A stretch of 64,000 bases of DNA from an uncultured virus (IMG/VR IMGVR_UViG_3300035071_000047) (Duplodnaviria > Heunggongvirae > Uroviricota > Caudoviricetes). Shown piece after piece: positions 28,975 through 39,603 of this stretch. The stretch lies in the IMG/VR virus record IMGVR_UViG_3300035071_000047. One strand, written 5' to 3'. Position 1 is the first letter of the stretch. Each line of letters opens with the position of its first letter. The translations under genes were made by a program, and so were the position numbers. Under the pieces are notes generated by a model, which saw nothing but the letters and a program-made list of their open reading frames with translations, was not told where the DNA came from and made no database searches.

Positions 28975-29521
28975 GCGCGCCGCGCAAGGGGATCGACGGG
29001 TACAGGCAGCGCGGCGGGATGACGCCGAGCAAGGCGCCGCCGAAGACGAAGAGGAGCGCGATTGGCCGCGTCACGAAGATCGGTCGTATCCCGTGCGCTC
29101 ACCCCGGACCCTACCACCTCGGTTCAGACGGGCTATCGATCGTCCGCCCCCATCCGCAAGCCGATTCATGCTTCGCGCGGACGCAGGGGTACGTCATCGC
29201 CAAAGTCGAAGAGTGGGCGCGTCCGGCCGCGGCGGACATCGTTGCAGCCATGAACGCGGCCGACGTCACGATCGGGGATCGCGCGACGTACTACAAGGGC
29301 AAGCGCGACGTCTGCCCCCACTGCGGCAACCTCGACTCTCGGTTCATGCAGGACAACGGGTGCCGGCGAGCGGATCCACTGTTCACACTCCTTTGCGTCG
29401 CGCGAGTGAAACCGGGCGACGACGCATTTGGGGGCGACGCGGATCCGCCGCTCGACGTCGACGCGGCTGGGACGGTCGCGTGCGGTATGCAGTGGAATCC
29501 GGGAGAGCACGAGGCTTCGTC

Positions 29522-30130
29522 GTGAGGTGCGCCATCCTCGCCAACGGCGATCTGGAGTTCGCGCTCGATCCCGAAGACGACCGCGAGGAGGTCCGCTCTT
29601 GGTGCGGGGACCGGTGGACCGACCTGCTCGACGCATGCGGCCTCATCGGCAACGGGTGGACGTCGGTTGCCCCCGAGTGGATCGGCGCCCTCACGGACGC
29701 GCCGATCGTGACGAACGACTTCACGCTGTCCGATAGCGGCGAGACGACAGTGCATGGGCGCGTCTGGTGGTTCCCGAACTACTGCGTCGAGGACCCGATC
29801 GAGACGCTCGTCGACACGGGGCGCGTCGTGTTCACGTACGCGAAGCCAGTCACCGAACCGCCGCCCCCGCCGGTGACCTGGCCCACGGAGAATCAACGGC
29901 GCTTCGCCGAGGTCTACGCCGTGAAGCTCGCCGAGGCGATCGCCCGTCACCCCGAGGAATACGCCTACAAGGTCGACAAGATCCCGGGCGTCATCGCGAA
30001 GATGATCCCCGCGCTCGCCCGCGGGAGCGCGAACGTGGAAGGAGCGGCGAAGGCGACGGCGCGCGCGCTCAAGATCAAGGCGACGATCGGCGGGATCAAG
30101 GCGTTTCTGTCGGAACCGGAGGGACAATGA
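29522..30130 (+). CDS. Hypothetical phage protein
   Basis: PEWIGALTDAPI...VWWFPNYCVEDP..L...GRVVF. Confidence 0.6.
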   Translation: MRCAILANGDLEFALDPEDDREEVRSWCGDRWTDLLDACGLIGNGWTSVAPEWIGALTDAPIVTNDFTLSDSGETTVHGRVWWFPNYCVEDPIETLVDTGRVVFTYAKPVTEPPPPPVTWPTENQRRFAEVYAVKLAEAIARHPEEYAYKVDKIPGVIAKMIPALARGSANVEGAAKATARALKIKATIGGIKAFLSEPEGQ

Positions 30131-30362
30131 GGAAACGTTGGAATCACGGAGACCGCGTGCGCGTCGCGATACCCCGTCCGAACGAATACGCGCGCGGCGC
30201 CGCCGAGGCACTCGACGGCAAGATGGGGACGATCGACGAGGTGCGCGGCGACGGTGCCCGCTACCTCGTCGCGTTCGATGAGCCGGCCGTGCCGTGGCAC
30301 GCGAACGCGCTCCCGATACGCGCGTTCTGGTTCGAGGGAGACGAATTGGCGGAGGTCACACC

Positions 30363-30800
30363 ATGAGCGCACAATCGTCCGTCAATCGCGTTCCCGTCGC
30401 CTCAATCACGATCACGCGCGCCGAGGGCCGCTCACACGAGTGCGGTAAGACCGTCACGGTGACATCGTGGGCGAGCGCGAAGGCGATCCTCTTCTCCTGG
30501 TCGATGACGGCGCCGCGCGACCTCGGCTACCACAAGTGCGACTTCGTCGTCACGTGGGCGGACGGCGAGACGCACGAGGGGCGCTACGACCTCAAGCACT
30601 ACACGTGCGAGTCGCCGAACCTAGCGCGCCACGTAGCCTGGTTTTACTCGTGCTACGGTCTGCGCCGGATCCCGCCCCACTACGACAACGACAAGGACCG
30701 CGAGCGGTTCATCGCGCACGTGCACGAGGTCATGTCGCAAGAGGAGATCGCCGGCTGCCTGGACCGACTCGACCGCTACGATCTGGACGGTGAATCGTGA
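30363..30800 (+). CDS. LPD25-like (polyvalent-protein) domain protein
   Basis: GYHKCDFVVTWADGETHEGRYDL matches the GYxKxxF...YEGRYD pattern; GGAGG RBS. Confidence 0.55.
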   Translation: MSAQSSVNRVPVASITITRAEGRSHECGKTVTVTSWASAKAILFSWSMTAPRDLGYHKCDFVVTWADGETHEGRYDLKHYTCESPNLARHVAWFYSCYGLRRIPPHYDNDKDRERFIAHVHEVMSQEEIAGCLDRLDRYDLDGES

Positions 30801-31282
30801 TCCGCCACGCCGTCACGCACATCCAGAAGGACGGCCTTCGCGTCCTCACGCGCGGCGCGCAGGGGCGCAACCTGCACGACGCGCGACCGGAGGCCGAGGC
30901 GTGGCTCGCGGGTTTCCTGAAGGAGACCGACTCCAACCGGATCGCGGAGATCTACGGCGCGCAGGCGGTCGGTACCTTCCGTGTCGACCCGTTCGACTGC
31001 TGGAACAGCGGCGACCCGAAGGGGATCTACGTCCGCCGCACGGGCATCGACGACGCGCGCGAGGACGTCGCCCTGCGCGCCAACGTCATCGGGAAGGCGT
31101 CGCGCCGTCCGGGCGCTCCAACGCTCTCCGCCGAGTCGAGCCGTGAGACGCTCCTCGCGTGGCTCCAGTGGTGCGACCCGAACGGGTGCCACGTCGACGA
31201 GCTGGCCACGGCGGATGGGTTCGAACCGATGACGATCGACGAGGCGTGGGAGCAAGTCACTACGCTACTGGAGGACGCATGA
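30797..31282 (+). CDS. Hypothetical phage protein
   Basis: AQGRN...DPKG; C-terminal LLAWLQWCDPNG. Confidence 0.6.
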   Translation: MIRHAVTHIQKDGLRVLTRGAQGRNLHDARPEAEAWLAGFLKETDSNRIAEIYGAQAVGTFRVDPFDCWNSGDPKGIYVRRTGIDDAREDVALRANVIGKASRRPGAPTLSAESSRETLLAWLQWCDPNGCHVDELATADGFEPMTIDEAWEQVTTLLEDA

Positions 31283-32500
31283 TCATCGACGACGTCCCGG
31301 CGCTCCTCGTCGACGTCATCGCGGACTGCGTCGTCCGCGAGGCGGAGGACATCTTTCGTCACCCGTTTCCACCTCCAGTCCGTGAGGCGTTCTGCGCCCA
31401 CATGGAGAAGAGGGCCGAGCACGTCTACGCGAGAAATCAGGGGTGGGCGAAGAAGATCCGCGGACGCGGCAATCGAGGGCGCGACACGCTCTACGTGTTC
31501 ATGCGCCACTGGCTCGCGGCCGAGATTCGCGCGACCTACCCAGGACTTGCTGACCGCGAGCCGATAAAATTTCGATCGTTCGCGAACGGAGAGATACCAT
31601 GATCGTCTACACCGAGATCCGGATCTCCGTCGCGCACGAGACCTACGGTGACTGTGGACCCGTGAACATCCGAGGCGACCTTCGTGCCGGCCTGTTGGCG
31701 ACCATCACGCACGGTATGCTCATCGTCGACAGCGGACGTTTGCTCGAATATCGCGCCGAGATCGACGTCGGTACGACGCGGCCGGACGGTTCGATGCCGG
31801 GGCAGCGATGAGCGCCTACCGCTCACGCATCCTCGAACGCCTGCGCGTCGAAGGACGACCCGAGATCGACCCGCGCCACGTCGAGGGCTACATGCGGCTC
31901 GACCACGCCACGCTCGACGGCATCGGCGCAGAAGAATTTGCGGACGAGGTCCGGATCGCGATCACGTGCATCGACGAGGGTGGCGCGAGGCAGGCCGAGG
32001 TCCTCGCGCGGTCGTTCGGACTGGAGAAGGCGTCGTGAGTATGAGCCGAATTCACCGCGAAGCGATCCTGTACTACGCATCGGTCGATTCGAACGATCCG
32101 AAGAAGTATGCGATACCAACCGAGCAAACCGTCCGTGATCTCGTAGAGCTTGGTCACGTGGTGATGATCTCAGCGCCTTACCCATACGCCCCGTCACACG
32201 CACACCTCACCGAGACCGGTCGTGCCATTGCCGCATGCGGCACGCACTGCCTCAACGGACTCCAGTGCGTCAAGGATTACGGTAGCTGCATCTGCCTGTG
32301 CGCCGGGTGCTCGCCATGAGTCGCGCCGTCACCGTGTCGCTCACACCCGCCGAGATCGAGGCGCTCCTCCAGGCTCTCGGCAACTCGCTGACCGGGGACC
32401 CGGACGACGAGACGGCGATCCTGGGCACCGGTACGCGCATCCGATCCGCCTACCGAGGTCAATCGAAGCTCATTCGCGCGCTCAACCAGTCGAGGTTCTC

Positions 32501-33295
32501 ATGATCCGAAAAGATCTCGTCCAGCTCGCCCACCCCTACAAGGACGCGATCGACCCCACCGGGTGGTGGGCGAGCGAGAAGCTCGACGGCGTGCGCGCGA
32601 CGTGGGACCCGCTCCGACGAAAGCTCCTGTCCCGCTACGGCAACACGTTCGAGGCGCCCGCCTGGTTCACGGAGAAGCTACCGCTGGGCCTCCCCCTGGA
32701 CGGTGAGCTCTGGCTGCGCCGCGGCGTCGGCGCGCTCCCGGAGGCCGTCTCGATCGTCAAGAGCGGCTCGCGCGACAAGGGTTGGAACCGGATCAAGTAC
32801 ATGTTGATCGACGTGCCGGACTCGCGCGTGGGCCTGTTCGAGGCGCGGCACGACCGCCTGGTCGACGCGACCCGCCGGATGCGGGCCGCGCACGTGGAGG
32901 TCATCCCGCAGACGCTCTGCCGCGGCCGCGCGCACCTCGACGCCATGATGACGGCGCTACTTCGCGAGCGCGGCGAAGGCGTCATGCTGCGCCGCGCGCT
33001 CTCTGTCCACGAGAAGGGCCGGTCGCACGACCTCCTGAAGGTGGTCCGCTTCTACACGGCCGAAGCGGTCGTCGTCGACTACTCGCCCGGCGAGGGTCGA
33101 CACGAGGGCCGCGTCGGCGCGCTCATGTGCCGGCTGTCCAACGGTGTGACGTTCGACATCGGGACCGGGCTCACGGACAGGCAGCGCGACAAGCCGCCGC
33201 GCCGAGGGTCCAAGATCACGTTCAAGTACAAGAGCAAGACGGCGGACGGCAGGCCGTACGCGGCGAGCTACGTCACGACTCGCGACTACGAATAA
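32501..33295 (+). CDS. Minimal ATP-dependent DNA ligase (NTase + OB fold)
   Basis: SEKLDGVRA (motif I), LDGELW (III), GEGVMLR (IV), LLKV (V), FDIGTGLTD...ITFKY (OB domain). Confidence 0.92.
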   Translation: MIRKDLVQLAHPYKDAIDPTGWWASEKLDGVRATWDPLRRKLLSRYGNTFEAPAWFTEKLPLGLPLDGELWLRRGVGALPEAVSIVKSGSRDKGWNRIKYMLIDVPDSRVGLFEARHDRLVDATRRMRAAHVEVIPQTLCRGRAHLDAMMTALLRERGEGVMLRRALSVHEKGRSHDLLKVVRFYTAEAVVVDYSPGEGRHEGRVGALMCRLSNGVTFDIGTGLTDRQRDKPPRRGSKITFKYKSKTADGRPYAASYVTTRDYE

Positions 33296-35160
33296 GTCGC
33301 CACTCGACACCGTCGAAGTCGGCATTACGTTCGAAACGGGGACCTAGCATGAAGGACACGTACATTCGCTTTCGCAGTCCGTCCGAGCGGATCGCGGCGG
33401 CCGGCGGAGCGGGTCGGGCGATGCTCGCGCGACGATGCTTCACCGTTCGTTTCTTCACCGGGTGGTTCAAGTGCTGCGACGACGGCAACTGCCGCGAGTG
33501 CCCGCCGAAGACGTACAACACGATCGACGAGGCGCTCGCGGACATCCACCGTCGTCCGTCGTGGGGGTGGTCCGCCGCCGACGTCTTCTCGGCGACGGTC
33601 ATCCCGCACGGCGATGACGATCGGCCCGACTACGTGGTCGGCACGATCGTCGCGAACGGGCAGGTCGGCGAGTTCGAGGTTGCATCGTGAGCCGCCTCCA
33701 CCTCGTCCCGCCCGGCTCAAACGTATGCAACTGGCAGACCGAGTACGGCACGGCAGGGTCTCCGAAGTACTGCAGCAAGCCGGCCGGCAGAGACGGCATG
33801 TGCGCCGGCCACCGGCGCGACTGGCGCGAGCTGTACCCGCACCTCCCGCTACCGAAGTTCATGTCACGCTCGGACGTTCGACGGATCTACACGTTCGACG
33901 TCGAGGTCTACGATCCCGAGGCGGACGACTTCGACCTCGTCGGCTCCGTCCTCCTGCCCGACCACGCGCTCCGCCACGAGGTCGAGCACGCGCTGGCAGC
34001 GGTCGGCGTCTACTGCCCGAGGGGCGCCGACGAGCTGACGTGGGAGGTCGCCAGCGGGGCGCGTGTCACCGTACGCGACGGATTCCTGTCGTGGGACGCG
34101 CCGTCTGACGACCCGATCGGCCTCATCCACGACGGCGATGGGCGCATCTTGGTCCGGATGTACGGGAGGACGTCGTGAGGTACGTCGCCAAGCCAGGGTG
34201 GGACACGCCCGAGTCGCGCGCGTGGCTACGCGAGCAGTTCGAGTTCGTCGTCTGCGAGGAGTGCCGTCGCGGCGAGCGGGCGCACGTCGCCGTCAACTTC
34301 GGTCTCGACCCGTTTGCGCTCTGCCGGCCAACCAAGCAAACGAATGAGCTGTCGCCGATGCAGGCGATCGTGTTTCAGAGGTTGCCGTGAGCGGCGTGCG
34401 ATCGATCAACCGGGCCGTCGAGGAGGCCGTGCAATGACGACGGAATCTGTCGAGGAGATCCGCGCGCGATTCGAGCGCGAGACGTGGGGGATCTGGGTCA
34501 CGATGGCCGACGGTAGCGGGAAGTGGTCCGAACGTAGCGGCTATCCGGTCACGTACACCGAGGAGCAGGCAAACGAAGCTCTGCAGCACGTCGTCTCGCC
34601 ACCAGGCGGCATATGCAGGGAAGCGCGTCCATTTCCGAAAGTGAGCCCCGGCAGCCGCGAGGACCGGCTACAGCAGTTTCTTCTCGACCACGGCCGCATC
34701 GTCGTGGCCCCGTTCGGCCACGGCGAGACCATCGAGCGATTCGCTCGCGTGGCCGTCGATTCGGACGGCGACGTCGCCTGGACGACGCACGAGGAGATTC
34801 ACGACGCGTCCGACTCTGCCCTGGCGGATCTGATGCAGGGCTGGGCGTGCGACGGTCTGATCGATCTGGACACCGGCTACCGCTACGAACTGGTCGTACG
34901 CGGCAACTGGGAGAGGAAGTACTGATGCCTCGCTACATCGTCACGAAGATCCAGTCGGCTAGTGCCGCATACGTGTGGGTCGTCGACGCCAGGTCGCGGC
35001 GCGCGGCCACAAAAGCGTCAAAGGACGGACCGCCAGTGTTCGCAAAAGAACTATACGCGGTAGAGTCTAGCGACATCACCGTGGAATTGGAGCACGTCTC
35101 CAAGCCGAGGCCGAAGCGAAGTAGGCGTGGCGTTTTCAACGGTAGACGGGTTGGGCGGCC

Positions 35161-35877
35161 ATGATCCACGGAGCTGGCGCCGTGACCGTCCACGCAAATT
35201 GCGGCGTCGACGCGTGCAACCTCTGTCGCAAGCGCGACGGAGACGACATGCAGGACGCCTTCACGGCAGACCTCGCGACCGGAGACGTCGTCTGCCAGGA
35301 GTGCTGGACGCCCGAGGAGATCGCGGCGATCGAGGCCGCCGAGGACGGGTCCACCGTCGAGGTCTTCCGCGAGTACTCGCACGGCTGGGACACGCCGCTC
35401 GTCTGCGAACGGTGCCACCTCGCTATCCCCGTCTACCTCGACGCGAAGCCGAGCCCGGACGACGCGGAGACGCAGCGCGTGTGGGATGCGATGAACATCC
35501 GCTGGCGCGCGCGCGACGACAAAGAAGAGCTGTACCTCCGCCGGTGCTCGGAGCTGTCGGCACAGCAGCTCCTTGACGAGCTTGGTGTCCCGCGCGGCAT
35601 CCTGTCGCTGAACGGGCGCCTGCACCACCTGCGCCTACGACTGGAGACGACGACGACGGACGCGAAGCCCGTCCGCGTGGACCTCGCAGCCGACGCCGAC
35701 CTCACGGCGCTCGCGAGCGCGCTGCCCGTGGGGGCGTGGGTGCCCGCGACGAGCGGCGTGTCGATCGACTGCGGTCCCATCCGCCTGCGGTGCGAAGGGG
35801 GTAGTCGCGAGGAGAAGGTGGCGCTCGTCCGGTTCCTGAAGGCCGTGCGCGACGCGATGACGAGAGGTGCGCCGTGA
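35161..35877 (+). CDS. Cys-containing hypothetical protein
   Basis: VCQECW...LVCERCH. Confidence 0.55.
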   Translation: MIHGAGAVTVHANCGVDACNLCRKRDGDDMQDAFTADLATGDVVCQECWTPEEIAAIEAAEDGSTVEVFREYSHGWDTPLVCERCHLAIPVYLDAKPSPDDAETQRVWDAMNIRWRARDDKEELYLRRCSELSAQQLLDELGVPRGILSLNGRLHHLRLRLETTTTDAKPVRVDLAADADLTALASALPVGAWVPATSGVSIDCGPIRLRCEGGSREEKVALVRFLKAVRDAMTRGAP

Positions 35878-36342
35878 GGGCCGCCATCACGTACAGCGTC
35901 GAGAACCTCCCGCACCCCTTCGACGAGAAGCAGCGCGCGCAGGGGATCCACGCGTGGTGTATCGTGAAAAACGTCCAGCCTGCGATGGGGATCGCGACGG
36001 CGGAGCCCGTCGCGTACTTCAACTTCGACAGCGAGGCGAAGACGTTCCAGGGACACGTCCTCGCGGAGGGCCTCGACGGCAGGCTCGTCACGATCGATCG
36101 CGACATGCGGGAGTTCCTCCTGCGCTTCCGCACGGAGATCCCGTGAGCGGGGGCGCCGACGAGTACCGCAAGGACGGCGAGCCGGCCACGATCGACCTCG
36201 CGCGCGCGCGAAAGTTCGCGCAGATGTACGCACCGACCGCCGATGACCACGCGGTGGACCAGCTCGCCAAGATGCTGGCCCACGTCTACAACGAGGGCTG
36301 GGCCGACGCGCGGTGCGCCGACCGAGACGACGGGAGATCGAC

Positions 36343-36837
36343 ATGAACCGCTTCCTCTTCCTTTTCCTAGCTTCCTGCGGCGGCTCCGCGTTCACGACGC
36401 TCGAGGCGACGCCGCCCGCGAGCTCTCCGGACGCGGCGACCGCCTCCGACGGCGGAGTCGCCGCCGACGCGGGGACGGGCGCGAACGTCGCGGACGGTGG
36501 ACACCCCATCACGGCCCACGACGCAGCCGCCGCCGGGTCGTCCGACGCGGTCGCGCCGGACGCGGCGTCGATCTGCTCACCCGTCCCGACCCCGGGACCC
36601 GCGTGGGCGTGCGGCTCGCAGATCGAGCAGGGGTACTACGTCTTCTGCGTCGTCAACTCGCCCTTCGGCGAGTCCGAGGAGGCGATGCCGCCGACCTGCC
36701 GCGCGTGCATGGAGTTGTTCACGTGCGAGTGCCTGATCGACGCGATCAAGACGAACGTCCCGCACCCGTGCGGCACCGGCGTCGTCCCGAGCTGCACGCT
36801 GCTCGCGAAGGGGGAGGTAAGCGTCACCTGTCCGTAG
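36343..36837 (+). CDS. Putative lipoprotein with Cys-rich C-terminus
   Basis: MNRFLFLFLASCGG lipobox, DA/DG-rich linker, about 10 Cys. Confidence 0.7.
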   Translation: MNRFLFLFLASCGGSAFTTLEATPPASSPDAATASDGGVAADAGTGANVADGGHPITAHDAAAAGSSDAVAPDAASICSPVPTPGPAWACGSQIEQGYYVFCVVNSPFGESEEAMPPTCRACMELFTCECLIDAIKTNVPHPCGTGVVPSCTLLAKGEVSVTCP

Positions 36838-36838
36838 T

Positions 36839-36966
36839 TTCGTCCGTCCGAGTCGACGCCGGCCCATCGCGCCTTATGCGGAGCGTCGAGGGTAATAGGT
36901 CCCCACCCGTTTCCTTTCACGGCGTGGAAGCCGCGCGATGTGCCGGCGTCGACTCGGGAGAACGAA
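36839..36966 (+). ncRNA. Putative structured small RNA / long hairpin element
   Basis: CCGAGTCGACGCCGGC-C-CATCGCGC (36848-36872) pairs with GCGCGATG-T-GCCGGCGTCGACTCGG (36933-36957), 24 of 25 bp, enclosing two small hairpins; intergenic. Confidence 0.55.
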
Positions 36967-36968
36967 CG

Positions 36969-37301
36969 ATGAAAACAAGAACGAGACCCGATCCGCCTTG
37001 CTGCTCGGATGCCATCAAGTGGCTCCGGGCACGCAGGATCGACCTCGGGTCGCTCACCGGCCAGGACGCCCGCGCGCTCGCCGCGATCGCTCACTGCTGG
37101 CGCCTCTACGCCTCGTCTGATGACGACGGGCGGCGTGCGGCGATCGACGCGATTCGTGCGCTCTGCCTCGCGATGCAACCGAAGTGTTGGGTGTTCGCGC
37201 GCGAGCTGATCCCATACGAACTCGACTGGAGCGATACCGATCGACTGTGGCCGCACCCGCCAGACGGAGATATCCGGTATCTGCCTCCGAGATTGCCATG
37301 A
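36969..37301 (+). CDS. Hypothetical protein
   Basis: GGGAG RBS; LTGQDARALAAIAHCWRLY. Confidence 0.6.
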   Translation: MKTRTRPDPPCCSDAIKWLRARRIDLGSLTGQDARALAAIAHCWRLYASSDDDGRRAAIDAIRALCLAMQPKCWVFARELIPYELDWSDTDRLWPHPPDGDIRYLPPRLP

Positions 37302-37777
37302 AGAGCGCCGTTTTAGCCGTCTCACTCCTCGCATGTGCGCCAACGATTGGTGCACTCCAGATCACGACGACGTCCGCGACGAGCACGGGTGAGCGCGCCA
37401 TCCAGGCCGCCGCGATCGCGATCGACGCGGACCGTCGGTATCTGTCCGGACAGCCGGCCGCGGCGGGGGACGCCGGCCGCGCCGCGTTCCGCGCCGCGTG
37501 CCTCGAACGTCAAGTCGACCGCGAGATGCTGCTCGACCAGCTCCACTCGCGCGCGCAGGTCCACGCCTTCGCGTGGAAGGACTGGTACGAACGACACTGC
37601 GTCCCGCTCGGTCTGCCCGACGGCACGTTCGTCGCGCTGGCGGAGACCGGCGCCGACGCCTCCGCGGCGTACCTCTGTCCCGCGAGCGCGGGCGCGCCAC
37701 CGACGCGCGCGTACGAGCGAAGCGACGAGGAGAGGCTCGCGCAGCAACAGCGCGACGCGTGCGAGGCGGCGCAGTGA
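37298..37777 (+). CDS. Putative lipoprotein
   Basis: MKSAVLAVSLLAC lipobox-like signal. Confidence 0.55.
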   Translation: MKSAVLAVSLLACAPTIGALQITTTSATSTGERAIQAAAIAIDADRRYLSGQPAAAGDAGRAAFRAACLERQVDREMLLDQLHSRAQVHAFAWKDWYERHCVPLGLPDGTFVALAETGADASAAYLCPASAGAPPTRAYERSDEERLAQQQRDACEAAQ

Positions 37778-38114
37778 GCGAAACATTTCTATGGAGGAGC
37801 GTCGGCGTCGCCGAGTGGAGCCTACTTCGCCCGATGACGGCCGAGGAGATTGACGACGTTGGCAGGTTCCTGCGATCGCTCGGTCACGACGTCCGCGTCC
37901 ATCGGACGGACTCGGGCTACATCTACTGGAGCTTCTTCGACACGGGCGTCGATGAACCGACTCGGCTGAGTCTGCAACCTCAGATCGCGATGCGTCTGGA
38001 CCACCTCTTTCGAAAGGACGTGGAGATGCCGACCTTGCATTGGGACGGTGTACGCGTGCGCGTCGACGCCGTCCGCGCCCTGAACGAGCACGTCCAATAG
38101 CGATAGAGGATCAA

Positions 38115-38756
38115 ATGAAGAAGCATCAGATCGGATTCGGTATCGTGGCGTGGGACGGTGACGAGCGCAGGAGCAACCGGTACGGCGCGATCGTGCTTCA
38201 CCACATGCCGTACAGTGGTTCTGATCGAGTGAAGCCGTCGATCGACGCGGGAGCAGTCGCCTCGTACCGCGGTCAGCGAGTCCGCCTGTTCGCCAGGATC
38301 GTCGAGTCCCGCGTCAGCGGTCACGCCGGCGACGCGGGACTCCGCATCCGGCCCCCGACCGAGTCGCCCGAGGTCGGGCGGGAGGTCGATCTCGGGGTCG
38401 GACTGCTCGACTCCGAGCCGGTCTCATGGAGCGGTCTCCCGGCCGTCGTCCTTCGCCCCGGTGACGATCGGCCGGAGCTGTGGATCGACCCGCGAAAGCT
38501 CTACGTCATCCACGATCAGACCGTCGAGCTCTCCGTCGCGCCGACGGACGACGACTTCACGCCGGCTCCGGTCATCGTCTGCAGTGAGGGCGCGTTCGAC
38601 AACGGCGACGGGAGCTTCCAGTTCAAGAAAGTCACGACGCCGGGGACCATCGAGCCGACGATCACGAAGGTCGGTGACGGGCTCTTCGTGCTCGAGCCGC
38701 CCACGTCGATCCCAGGCTCGTTTGGTCGACGACTGCCGTACCGGCCGTCCAAATGA
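38115..38756 (+). CDS. Hypothetical phage protein
   Basis: WDGDERRSNRYG, SGHAGD, LRPGDDRPELWIDPRKLY...HDQTVEL. Confidence 0.7.
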   Translation: MKKHQIGFGIVAWDGDERRSNRYGAIVLHHMPYSGSDRVKPSIDAGAVASYRGQRVRLFARIVESRVSGHAGDAGLRIRPPTESPEVGREVDLGVGLLDSEPVSWSGLPAVVLRPGDDRPELWIDPRKLYVIHDQTVELSVAPTDDDFTPAPVIVCSEGAFDNGDGSFQFKKVTTPGTIEPTITKVGDGLFVLEPPTSIPGSFGRRLPYRPSK

Positions 38757-39211
38757 TCTGGCGTTCTCGCTGCGAGGGAGTCCCACTGCGCGAGCCCGGG
38801 TGGGGCCACCCACCCGACGATGGTGGCGACGGTCTCTGCGCGGCGTGCCGCGCCTCCGCGGCGAAAGCGCAGGAGTCGGCGCCCACCACGTGGGACCGCT
38901 TCGCGCTCGTCCGCGGCGACAGGCTGGAGCACTACAACTCCACGACCCAGTGCCGCATGTGCGGCGACGAGCCAATCGTCCTCGCGCGACTGACCCTGGA
39001 CGACGCCGGTCCGTACTGGGGGTGGCGGTACAGCATGCACCCGTCGAACGGGGAGCACCGCGGCCGCCTTTCGATGATCTACCCGTGGCGACAGGCGGTC
39101 GAGATCTGCTTCCCCTACGGCCCCTACGCCGAAACCGCGCGCGGGCGAGGGTGGATCGTCCGCGCGCGTGCGGAGATCCTGCGACCCGCCGCGCACCCAG
39201 AGTCCGGATGA
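38753..39211 (+). CDS. Hypothetical phage protein
   Basis: YWGW...SMIYP...VEICFPYGP.AE..RGRG. Confidence 0.65.
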   Translation: MIWRSRCEGVPLREPGWGHPPDDGGDGLCAACRASAAKAQESAPTTWDRFALVRGDRLEHYNSTTQCRMCGDEPIVLARLTLDDAGPYWGWRYSMHPSNGEHRGRLSMIYPWRQAVEICFPYGPYAETARGRGWIVRARAEILRPAAHPESG

Positions 39212-39255
39212 ACCGCAACCACAACTGAAGTACCATCGACCGAGGGAGACCCACC

Positions 39256-39603
39256 ATGGCCAACGCCGTCGCGAAGAAGCAATCGAAGCCCGTCCTGCTC
39301 AACCTCTACAAGCTGTTCAAGACGGAGGACGACGCGCTCCACTTCCACGTGAACGTGGACCACGAGGAAGCGGAGCCCGTCTCGGTGACCGTCCACGACA
39401 CCGAGACTGCCGAGGAGATCACGCTCGCCCTCGACGAGGAGGGCGTCGACGAGATCGTCGCGATCCTCACCAAGGCGAAGCACGCGCTGCGACAGAACGC
39501 GCTCGGCGTCGTCCAGAAGAGCGACCCGCACGAGGAGTACGAGAGCGAGGGAGGTGGCGAGGAGGAAGAGGAAGAAGAGGAGGAGGAAGGGGACGATGAG
39601 TAA
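39256..39603 (+). CDS. Acidic protein with poly-Glu tail
   Basis: Ends EGGGEEEEEEEEEEGDDE; GAGGGAGACCCACC leader. Confidence 0.75.
   Translation: MANAVAKKQSKPVLLNLYKLFKTEDDALHFHVNVDHEEAEPVSVTVHDTETAEEITLALDEEGVDEIVAILTKAKHALRQNALGVVQKSDPHEEYESEGGGEEEEEEEEEEGDDE

Noticed and set aside
36839..36966. tRNA, SRP, 6S RNA or MITE identity for the long hairpin
   Set aside because: No cloverleaf, T-loop or SRP loop motif, shorter than typical 6S RNA, and no target-site duplication or second copy was seen.
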